Below the pieces are notes generated by a model. The model saw only the letters and a list, made by a program, of their open reading frames with translations. It did no database searches and was not told where the DNA came from. Source: Octopus sinensis (lineage: Eukaryota). From it: a DNA stretch of 64,000 bases. Of this stretch, positions 52,925 to 64,000 are shown one piece after another. The stretch covers positions 17,856,001-17,920,000 of the forward strand of contig NC_042998.1 in NCBI RefSeq assembly GCF_006345805.1, read 5' to 3'. The position numbers and the translations under genes were made by a program. Position 1 is the first letter of the stretch, and each line of letters begins with the position of its first letter.

Positions 52925-53430
52925 GCTGTCGGGACGTGAAGACAAGTTGGAAGTTTGGTATGCAATAAGGTTTTGTGTCACACTGGGCGAAAAGGCCACA
53001 AAAACATGTAAAACGTACCAGATTGCTAATAGGTTAATATGTATGAACCGAGCATCTTCTCTTTTTTTCACCAGGACAAGAAGCCAGGCAAAAAAGGGTT
53101 CACCAAAAAGCTCATAATGATCTCTTTTTCTGAGAGAAAGGGTATCCTTAACATGCACTGGGTTCCCTCTGGGCTGATGATCAACAATGATTACCTTGTG
53201 GAGGTTTTGAGAGAGTTCAGGAAGAGATTTCAGCGCTAAAGAAACGAACACCTGCACCAGGAAAATACACCTGTTCACAATTCATTTCTGTTAACCAACT
53301 ATTTCCTCGACTCTCCTTACAATCCAGACTTTATTCCTTGTAATATTTGGCTGTTTTCCAAGCTGAAGCAGAACCTCAGGGGCAGTCGTTTTGAAGACAT
53401 TGATGAAATGGAAAAGGATGTGACGATTAT
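52925..53430 (+). pseudogene. mariner transposase remnant
   Basis: EVWYAIRFCVTLGEKATKT, KLIMISFSERKGILNMHWVP..INNDYLVEVLR, LHQENTPVH, SPYNPDFIPCNIWLFSKLKQNLRGSRFEDI. Confidence 0.85.
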
Positions 53431-53569
53431 GCCAGACACCTTTACTTTGGCGCACTGTCATGGGAGGGTGTCTTCTCGATGTGCTTGGGGCGTTACGACA
53501 AGGGCACTCATCGTCATAGGACGTATGATCGTCATAGTACATATTTCATTGCAGCTTGCTATATATTTC

Positions 53570-55200
53570 ATCTTTGACTCATATCAGTCACTGGACTGCG
53601 GCTAAGGTAGGGCAACACCTTTAAGTGTTTTAGTTTTCTTAAGCTTCGTACTAATCATATCGGCTGCTTTTGCCGAGCCGCTCAGGTATGGAGATGAAGA
53701 AAAAAACACAACACCGGTTGAGAAGCGGCGTTAGAGGACAAACGCAACACCAAAATACAGCTCTCTCTCTCTCTTTATATATATATATATATGTGTGTGT
53801 GTGTATGTATATATATGTATGATTGTATATAGTATGTATGTATGTATGTATGTATGTATGTATGTATGTATGTATGTATGTATATATATATATATATATA
53901 TACACACACATAGTATGGGCTTCTTACAGTTACCGTCTACCAAATCCACTCATAATGCTTTGATCGGCCGGAAGATATTTCCTAAGATATCATGCAGTGG
54001 GGACTGAACCTGGAACCATGTGGTTGAAAAGCAAACTACCTACCATACAACCGCATGTATTCAGTCGCTTCGACGTTGAAATTAATGAAAACAGATTGAT
54101 ATACGCCTTCTAATTCAAGATTAATTAGCTTCTTAGTACCACAAAGTCATTTACTTGACTTCAACGTCTAAGATAGGATTAAAAAGATTAAGTTAGTTTA
54201 TTTATCCACAATATCGTTTTACACTGTGTGTAATTAAATAAACTCAGTCGTACTTGTATTACACAAAGCAATTATATAAACTTACAGCGGTGCTCAATGA
54301 GTTAATGTGAACAACAAGTTGATCTCGCTGGCGGAGGTCTCCCGTCACTGAAGTGGAGCACTGCTTGTGATGTAGAACCTTTCTTTCTTGTTAGGGATAT
54401 TCCACTATTTCTTCTGTATGTATTTTCCCCCCGTCTGTCATTCGTGAAGGCACATGGCCTAGTGGTTAGAGCAGCGGACTCGCGGTTGAGGGATCGCGGG
54501 TTCGAATCTTAGACCGGGCGATGTGTGTGTTTATGAGCGAAACACTTAAGCTCCACGCGGCTCCGGCAGAAGGCAATGGCGAACTTCTGCTGACTCTTTC
54601 GCCACAACTTTCACTCACTCTTTCCTCCTGCATCTTGCAGCTCACTTGCGACGGACCGGCGTTCCGTCCAGGTGGGGAACCTATACGTCAAGGAAACCGA
54701 GAAACCGGCCCTTGTGAGCCAGGCATGGCTCGAGAAGGAACAAACAACATCTGTCATTGCGAACTAACACACACATAAGTAGGTAACAAATTGGTTGCTC
54801 TCATAAGTCCGAAAAACTGTAGTACTTCTAATATATGCTAGCAGAAATACTCGGCCTTGCTCGGGATTAAAATGGCATAGTTTGTTTTTTACTGTCTTAC
54901 TTGTTTCGGTCATGTGACTGCGGCCTTTGGTCGGAAAAATCGACCACAGGATTTATTCTTTGTAAGCCTAGTACTTATTCTATCAGTGTCTTTTTTGCCG
55001 AACCGCTAAGTTATGGGAACGTAAACACAGTAACATCGGTTGTCAAGGAATGGTGGGGGTACAAACACAGAAACACAAACACGCGCGCACACGCACACAC
55101 ACACACATACATACACACAGACATACACTCATACACACACACACTCACAAATATACACGTATAGAACACAGTCTTCTTTCAGTTTCATATATAAATATAT
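53570..55200 (-). mobile_element. Two old family A SINEs (53570-54050, 54895-55200)
   Basis: Diverged head and tail matches. Confidence 0.65.
54448..54750 (+). mobile_element. SINE family D
   Basis: Match to 52508-52810. Confidence 0.8.
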
Positions 55201-55253
55201 ATATATATATATGTGTGTGTCTTATGTATATATATATATATGTGTATATAATA

Positions 55254-55309
<56 letters not shown>

Positions 55310-55362
55310 AATATATATGTATATATATATATATGTTATATATATATATAATATATATATAT

Positions 55363-55411
<49 letters not shown>

Positions 55412-55420
55412 CATACAAAC
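55180..55420. repeat. (AT)n array
   Basis: Direct reading. Confidence 0.92.
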
Positions 55421-55764
55421 ACGTACATAAATTCATATTCAAAGCCAATAGAAATTAACTAATACATATAATGAAAGTAATTGAAAATGAAACCCTATAA
55501 TATTGAAAGTATTAACAGAGATATTGTTTCAGTTTTGCCACGTAATGCGGAAAGATATAAGAGATTGCTCCGGGCTTGCATTAGCCAAGAAGTTGAAATT
55601 GTTTTGGTCCCATGACCCATGATGCTCCATGGACCCTAAGGAAAGCATGTGTAAAATCCGTAATGATGCAGGGCAAAATACAGGGCAAAATACAGACACA
55701 CAGACCGACAGACAAACAGTCCGACAGACAGACACACACACATTCTCAGCTTTATATATATATA

Positions 55765-56108
55765 TAGATGTGAAGGCACATGGCTCAGTAGTTAGAGCGT
55801 CGAGCTTACGATCGTGAGACTGGGAGTTCGAATCCCGGACCGGGCTGCGTGCTGGTGTTCTTGAGCAAGACACTTTATTTCAAGTTAACCCAGTTCAATC
55901 AGCTGTAGAAATGAGTTGCGACGTCATTGGTGCCAAGCTGTATTGGCCCCTTTGCCCTTTACTTGGATAACACTGGTGGCGTGGAGAGGAGAGGCTGGTA
56001 TCCATGGCGACTGCTGGTCTTCCATAAACAACCATGCCCGTCCTTGTGCCTGGGAGGGTAACTTTCTCGGTGCAATCCCATGGTCAGTCATGACCGAAGG
56101 GGGTCTCC
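55765..56108 (+). mobile_element. SINE family E (GTGAAGGCGCATGGCTCAGTGG head; TTCTTGAGCAAGACACTT CORE-like segment)
   Basis: Copies at 25870-26105, 62580-62910, 46530-46705 (-) and fragment 36045-36095 (-). Confidence 0.85.
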
Positions 56109-56287
56109 AGTCAGCATATATCACCACGACAGTACCAGTCTTCTAATGGTATGCAATAATTGAATAGTCCTTTGATAATTTCACCCATGACATATTCAGT
56201 TAAATATTATCATGAAATATGTATTCAAATTTCGAATTACTTTACAAAATGTTTGTTATTTTATCTTCTCTGCACTTTTTTCGCGCG

Positions 56288-56340
<53 letters not shown>

Positions 56341-56439
56341 ATATATATTATATATATATATATATTTTCTGGTATTTTTCGTTCTCACACACTGAAAAAT
56401 GCATCTACACTGCTTCATTTCCAATTATCTTGCTCTATC

Positions 56440-56830
56440 TGTTTCTCTTTTACTTGTTTCAGTGATTTGACTGCGGCCATGCTGGAGCACTACCTTCAGT
56501 CGAACGAATCGATCCCAGAACTTATTCTTTGTCGTAGTCTAGTACTTGTTCTGTCAGTCCCCTTTGCCAAACCGCTAAGTTACGGCGACATAAACGTACC
56601 AATATCCGTTGTCAAGCGATGGTCGTGGAGGGGGGGCAAACATAAACACGCACACACACACACACATATACACATACAATGGGTTTGTTTCAGTTTCCGT
56701 CTACCAAATCCACTCAAAAGGTTTTGGTCGACGCGAGGCTATAGTAGAAGACACTTGCCCAAGGTACCACGCAATAGAACTGAACTCGGAACCATGTGGT
56801 TGGGAAGCAAGCTTCTTACCACACAGTCAC
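56440..56830 (-). mobile_element. SINE family A
   Basis: Match to other copies. Confidence 0.8.
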
Positions 56831-57409
56831 GACAATATAGAAGTAACAAGCTCATACTTTTCGCTCTAAAATACTTTTAAATTTACACATTGCCTACATA
56901 TTTATTTTTGTCTTAGCCCTACACTATAATAAACATTTTTAACGCGACATCTTTATAATACATCAATCAATTTAACAAATAGATATGTGAACCTCAAGTC
57001 TGCTCATCATCTTCTTCATTCATAATAATTATACTCCTGTGTTCGTATGGGCCATTTTACGTTGAAATGTTTTGTTCCAACACATAAGTGTAATACAATT
57101 TATTACGTTTCTTTTTGCTGGGCACTCAGTAACCTATGATTTATCAAAGCTGTAAAATGCCGCAAATACACATAAGACAAGAACATATTCACTAAAATCA
57201 TTACCATACACTGTAAAAGAAAGAAAAGACGAAAAGAAAAGAAACCAAGTCAAACAAAAATAAAACAAATCAAATCTCTTCTGTAGACGAATTACTTTTG
57301 TCAAAAGATTAATATGGAGAGAGAAAACGAACAGCTGATAATAACAATAATCTGAAGGCACGTGCAAACCTCGCGGCCGTTGAGTTACCTTGTAACCCAC
57401 TGCCAATTA

Positions 57410-57726
57410 TATATGTATGTGTGTGTGAGTGTGAATGCATATGCATAAAAATATCTATGTGCCATTACATATATACATCTATGTATGTATGTAAGTATGT
57501 ATGTATGTATGTACGTATGTATGTATGTATGTATGTATGTATGCATGTAAGTATGTATGTATGTATGTATGTATGTATGTATGTATGTATGCATGTAAGT
57601 ATGTATGTATGCATGTATGTATGTATGTATGTATGTATGTATGTATGTATGTATGTATGCATGTAAGTATGTATGTGTGCATGTATGTATGTATGTATGT
57701 ACGTATGTATGTATGTATGTATGATG

Positions 57727-57757
<31 letters not shown>

Positions 57758-59753
57758 GTATGTATGTATGATGCATGTAAGTATTGTATGTATGCATGTA
57801 TGATGTATGTATGTATGTGTATGTATGTATGCATGTATGTATGTATGTATGCATGTATGTATGTATGTATGCATGTAAGTATGTATGTATGCATGTATGT
57901 ATGTATGTATGCATGTATGTATGTATGCATGTATGTATGTATGTATGCATGTAAGTATGTATGTATGCATGTATGTATGTATGCATGTATGTATGTATGT
58001 ATGTATGCATGTAAGTATGTATGTATGTATGTATGTATGTATGCATGTATGTATGTATGCATGTATGTATGTATGTATGTATGCATGTAAGTATGTATGT
58101 ATGCATGTATGTATGTATGTATGTATGTATGTATGTATGCATGTATGTATGTATGTATGCATGTATGTATGTATGTATGCATGTAAGTATGTATGTATGC
58201 ATGTATGTATGTATGTATGCATGTATGTATGTATGCATGTATGTATGTATGTATGTATGTATGTATGCATGTAAGTATGTATGCATGTATGTATGTATGC
58301 ATGTATGTATGTATGCATGTATGTATGTATGTATGCATGTAAGTATGTATGTATGCATGTATGTATGTATGCATGTATGTATGTATGTATGTATGCATGT
58401 AAGTATGTATGTATGTATGTATGTATGTATGCATGTATGTATGTATGCATGTATGTATGTATGTATGTATGCATGTAAGTATGTATGTATGTATGTATGT
58501 ATGTATGTATGTATGTATGTATGCATGTAAGTATGTATGTATGCATGTATGTATGTATGCATGTATGTATGTATGTATGCATGTATGTATGTATGTATGC
58601 ATGTATGTATGTATGTATGCATGTATGTATGCATGTAAGTATGTATGTATGCATGTATGTATGTATGTATGTATGTATGTATGTATGCATGTACGTATGT
58701 ATGTATGCATGTATGTATGTATGTATGTATGTATATGTATGCATGTAAGTATGTATGTATGCATGTATGTATGTCTGTATGTACGTATGTATGTATGTAT
58801 GTATGCATGCATGTATGTATGTATGTATGTATGTATGTATGCATGTATGTATGTATGTATGTATGTATGTATGTATGTATGTATGCATGTAAGTATGTAT
58901 GTATGCATGTATGTATGTATGTATGCATGTATGTATGTATGCATGTATGTATGTATGTATGTATGTATGTATGTATGCATGTAAGTATGTATGTATGCAT
59001 GTATGTATGTATGTATGCATGTGTGTATGTATGCATGTATGTATGTATGTATGTATGCATGTAAGTATGTATGTATGCATGTATGTATGTATGCATGTAT
59101 GTATGTATATATGTATGCATGTAAGTATGTATGTATGTATGTATGTATGTATGCATGTATGTATGTATGCATGTATGTATGTATGTATGTATGTATGTAT
59201 GTATGCATGTAAGTATGTATGTATGCATGTATGTATGTATGTATGCATGTATGTATGTATGCATGTATGTATGTATGTATGTATGCATGTAAGTATGTAT
59301 GTATGCATGTATGTATGTATGTATGCATGTATGTATGTATGCATGTATGTATGTATGTATGTATGTATGTATGCATGTAAGTATGTATGTATGCATGTAT
59401 GTATGTATGTATGCATGTATGTATGTATGCATGTATGTATGTATGTATGTATGCATGTAAGTATGTATGTATGCATGTATGTATGTATGTATGTATATAT
59501 GTATGCATGTAAGTATGTATGTATGCATGTATGTATGTATGTATGCATGTATGTATGTATGCATGTATGTATGTATGTATGTATGCATGTAAGTATGTAT
59601 GTATGCATGTATGTATGTATGCATGTATGTATGTATGTATGTATGCATGTAAGTATGTATGTATGCATGTATGTATGTATGTATGCATGTATGTATGTAT
59701 GCATGTATGTATGTATGTATGTATGCATGTAAGTATGTATGTATGTATGTATG

Positions 59754-59784
<31 letters not shown>

Positions 59785-61985
59785 GTATGTATGTATGTAT
59801 GTATGTATGCATGTAAGTATGTATGTATGCATGTATGTATGTATGTATGCATGTATGTATGTATGTATGCATGTATGTATGTATGTATGTATGTATGATG
59901 TATGCATGTAAGTATGTATGTATGCATGTATGTATGTATGTATGTATGTATGTATGCATGTAAGTATGTATGTATGCATGTATGTATGTATGTATGTATG
60001 TATGTATGTATGTATGTATGCATGTATGTATGTATGTATGTATGTATGTATGCATGTAAGTATGTATGTATGTATGTATGTATGTATGTGTGTATGTATG
60101 TATGTATGTATGCATGTAAGTATGTATGTATGCATGTATGTATGTATGTATGCATGTATGTATGTATGCATGTATGTATGTATGTATGTATGTATGTATG
60201 CATGTAAGTATGTATGTATGCATGTATGTAGTGATGTATGTATGTATGGTTTATGTATGTATGCATGTATGTATGTATGTATGTATGATGTTGTAAGTAT
60301 GTATGTATGCATGTATGTATGTTGCATGTATTATGTATGTATGTATGCATGTAAATGTATGTATGTATGTATGTATGTATGTATGCATGTATGTATGTAT
60401 GCATGTATGTATGATGTATGTATGTGTATGTATGTATGTATGTATGTATGTATGTATGTATGTATGTATTTATGTATGTATGTATGTATGTATGTATGTA
60501 TGTATGTATGCATGTAAGTATGTATGTATACATGTATGTATGTATGTATGCATGTATGGTGTATGCATGTATGTATGTATGTATGTATGCATGTAAGTAT
60601 GTATGTATGCATGTATGTATGTATGTATGCATGTATGTATGTATGCATGTATGTATGTATGTATGATGAATGTAATGTATGTTGTATGTATGTATGTATG
60701 TATGTATGCATGTAAGTATGTATGTATGTATGTATGTATGTATGTATGCATGTAAGTATGTATGTATGCATGTATGTATGTATGTATGCATGTATGTATG
60801 TATGTATGCATGTATGTATGTATGTATGCATGTATGTATGTATGCATGTATGTATGCATGTAAGTATGTATGTATGCATGTATGTATGTATGTATGTATG
60901 TATGTATGTATGCATGTAAGTATGTATGTATGCATGTATGTATGTATGTATGTATGTATGTATGCATGTAAGTATGTATGTATGCATGTATGTATGTATG
61001 TATGTACGTATGTATGTATGTATGTATGCATGTATGTATGTATGTATGTATGTATGTATGTATGTAGCATGTAAAGTATGTAGTTATGTATGCATGTATG
61101 TATGTATGCATGTAAGTATGTATGTATGCATGTATGTATGTATGTATGCATGTATGTATGTATGATGTATGTATGTATGTATGTATGCATGTAAGTATGT
61201 ATGTATGCATGTATGTATGTATGTATGCATGTATGTATGTATGCATGTATGTATGTATGCATGTAAGTATGTATGTATGCATGTATATGTATGCATGTAT
61301 GTATGTATGTATGTATGCATGTAAGTATGTATGTATGCATGTATGTATTATGTGCATGTATGTATGTATGCATGTATGTATGTATGTATGTATGCATGTA
61401 AGTATGTATGTATGTATGTATGTATGTATGTCTGTATGTATGTATGTATGTATGCATGTAAGTATGTATGTATGCTTGTATGTATGTATGTATGCATGTA
61501 TGTATGTATGCATGTATGTATGTATGTATGTATGCATGTAAGTATGTATGTATGCATGTATGTATGTATGTATGCATGTATGTATGTATGCATGTATGTA
61601 TGTATGTATGCATGTAAGTATGTATGTATGTATGTATGTATGTATGTATGTATGCATGTATGTATGTATGTACGTATGTATGTATGTATGTACGTATGTA
61701 TGTATGTACGTATGTATGTATGTATGTATGTATTATGTATGTAGGTATGTATGCATGCATGTATGTATGTATGTATGTATGCATGTATGTATGTATGCAT
61801 GTATGCATGTAAGTATGCATGTATGCATGTATGTATGTATGTATGCATGCATGCATGTATGTATGTATGTATGTATGTATGTATGTATGTATGCATGTAT
61901 GTATGTATGCATGCATGTATGTATGTATGTATGCATGTATGTATGTACGTATGTATGTATGTATGTATGTATGCATGTGTATATA
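57410..61985. repeat. ~4.6-kb (TATG)n array with recurrent GCATGTAAGT variant (higher-order units)
   Basis: Direct reading. Confidence 0.97.
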
Positions 61986-62022
61986 TGTATACGTATATAT
62001 CTATATCGATATATACATATAT

Positions 62023-62144
62023 TGTTCTATATTAAAGAGAAGGGAATTATGTACATTATTTACATTATTTACATTCGACGGATAGTTCTCATACCTAGGA
62101 ATGAGAACCCAGGTTCGAAATTTCCCCAAGTTACCTGAAGAAGG
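62023..62144. mobile_element. Internally deleted palindromic derivative of the 27-kb HHR element
   Basis: Inverted 3' tail (62023-62084) abuts the forward start, which is truncated at CUGAAGAAGG; central gttctcat...atgagaac palindrome. Confidence 0.7.
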
Positions 62145-62199
62145 TGAGTGGATTTGGTAGACGGAAACTGAAAGAAGCCCATCGTATATACGTATATGT

Positions 62200-62231
<32 letters not shown>

Positions 62232-62520
62232 GTTTGTGTCTGTGTTTGTCCCCCAAACATCGTTTGACAACCGATGCTGGTGTGTTTACGTCCCCGTAAC
62301 TTAGCGGTTCGACAAAAGATACCGATAGAAAAAGTACTAGGCTTACAAAGAATAAGTCCTGGAGTAGATTTACTCGTTAAAGGCGGTGCTCCAGCATGGC
62401 CGCAGTCAAATGACTGAAACAAGTAAATGAGTAAAAGAGTTCAGGGGTCGATTTGTTCGACTAAAACCTTTTAAAGCGTGCCCCAGCATGGCCACAGTCA
62501 AATGACTGAAACAAGTAAAT
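62140..62520 (+). mobile_element. 5'-truncated family A SINE plus extra tail
   Basis: Match to other copies. Confidence 0.8.
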
Positions 62521-62579
62521 GATATGAATTATGTGTGAGTGTGTGTGTGTGTGTTTTCCATTTTGTACTTAAATTATTA

Positions 62580-62910
62580 GTGAAGGCGCATGGCACAGTG
62601 GTTAAAGCGTCGAGCTTACGATCGTGAGGTCATGAGTTCGAATCCTGGACCGGGCTGTGTGTTGTGTTCTTGAGCAAGACACATTATTTCACGTTGCTCC
62701 AGTTCACTCAGCTGTAGAAATGAGTTGCGACGTCACAGGTGCCCAGCTGTTTCGGCCCCTTTGCCATTCCCTTGGATAACACTGATGGCGTGGAGAGGGG
62801 AGGCTGGTATGCATGGACGACTGCTGGTCTTCCATAAACAACCTTGCCCGGACTTGTGCCTTGGGAGGCAGGGTTAGCTTTCTGGGTACAATCCCATGGT
62901 CAGTCATGAC
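62580..62910 (+). mobile_element. SINE family E
   Basis: Match to 55765. Confidence 0.85.
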
Positions 62911-62954
62911 CGAACTTAGATTATCGACACCGAAATGATGAACCGGAAATCAAC

Positions 62955-63196
62955 AGGAGTGGCTCTGTGGTAAGTAGCTTGCTTACCAACCACATAGTTC
63001 CGGGTTCAGTCCCACTGCGTGGCACCTTTCCGTCTACCAAATCCACTCACAAGGCTTTGGTCGGCCCGAGGCTATAGTAGAAGACACTTGCCCAAGATGC
63101 CACGCAGTGGGACTGAACCCGGAACCATATGGTTGGTAAACATGTGGTTGGTAAACAAGCTACTTACCACACAACCACTCAGCCACTTCTGCGCCT
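62955..63196. mobile_element. Inverted pair of family A heads
   Basis: 62955-63026 forward head; 63027-63196 reverse head. Confidence 0.8.
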
Positions 63197-63637
63197 ATGT
63201 CGCAATCTTTAAAACAAATTTTTAATGTATCATATAGATGTAATTTTTGACACTGAATCCGAATTTGCTATTCATTTATTCCAGAAAAATCTGGTGAGAA
63301 TGTTAGAGGTGCTTAAATTTTGATAATTTTCAGAATTTTCCACCAATCAGAAAACAGCGCTTTCACTGCCTCTTCCATCATCTGTCAAAGTAGTGAGAAG
63401 TGTGTGTGTGTGTGTGGGGGGGGGGGTGGCATTGGCATGTCAATTCATTAAACTAGCTAGTGTAAACAGTAAAAAAACATAATTAGATTCGCGAGCAAAT
63501 TAAATATTTAAACGCTACGAGTAAACCAGCAGGAGTTGCTAGAAATAACAGTCAAAACATTGAAATATACACGAGCAAAGTAAACTGAAAAAACATTAAA
63601 GATATTCACGAGCAAATTAAATATTTAAAAGCTACTA

Positions 63638-63801
63638 GGAAACCTAGGTTCGAAATTCCCCCCAGGACACCTGCTGAAGGCTGGAGAGTACATCAGCCGA
63701 AACGTTGTGTTAACAGCAAACAAGATGAGGACAAATATCCGTCAAATGTAAATAATGTAAATAATGTAAATAATTCCTCATCTCTCAAATATAGAACTGT
63801 A
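63638..63801 (+). mobile_element. Solo HHR tail of the 27-kb family (core mutated to CUGCUGA)
   Basis: Aligns by eye to 27405-27565; GACAC-CUGCUGA-AGGCUG...CAGCC-GAAACGUU-GUGU. Confidence 0.75.
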
Positions 63802-64000
63802 CAAATATTTATTAGTAAAAAAACTGAAGAGCGAAAGTTTGCAATACACTCTAGGATTTTATAAAATAAATTACCTTTCTCACAAGTCGTTCGTTAGATA
63901 AATTCACAAAGATAAGGTTCAACCATGGAACGGTGCGCCCCGCATCAGCGTTTGTTTCCAAGCTTCAAAGATGCTCAGGTGCTCGAAATTTGTTGATTAC

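Noticed and set aside
57385-62138. ORFs of up to 1503 aa ([12 protein letters not shown] repeats)
   Set aside because: Translations of the (TATG)n array, which lacks stop codons; no coding signal

Overview
A 64-kb, AT-rich, repeat-saturated eukaryotic window. The tRNA-derived SINE families and the microsatellite load look like an octopus (coleoid cephalopod) genome; this is recognition from memory, not a database result. One real gene is supportable, on the minus strand: a secreted protein with signal peptide, chitin-binding type-2 (CBM14/peritrophin-A) domain and Thr-rich and acidic linker (exon 20687-19923). It splices in phase across about 14.5 kb to a trypsin-family protease exon (5398-5227: CG...IIGG...WPWQVSL...CGGVL...TAAHC) that the ORF track shows only in the wrong frame. 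A probable next exon (3549-3437) is frame-disrupted. All very long ORFs in the track are (ATAC)n/(AT)n artefacts. The rest is mobile DNA: several SINE families, non-autonomous Helitrons, pogo and mariner remnants and MITEs, and decayed L1/Tx1, RTE, CR1-like, HERO-like and Penelope (PLE) retroelements. The most notable signal is a set of small non-coding elements carrying type I hammerhead ribozyme (HHR) motifs. Two sequence-unrelated ones have Penelope-type architecture (5' inverted arm plus direct terminal repeats): 5951-6742, and 29673-30256, which has a 14-bp TSD and a U3-A8 compensated core. A third is a tRNA (Pol III) head fused to an HHR tail with an inverted tail copy in front (27035-27565). 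Two more families have variant cores. A Penelope RT remnant in the window marks the likely helper class. Ribozyme activity, expression and novelty cannot be established from sequence alone. Scattered single-base deletions suggest possible long-read consensus errors, so frameshifts should be treated cautiously.
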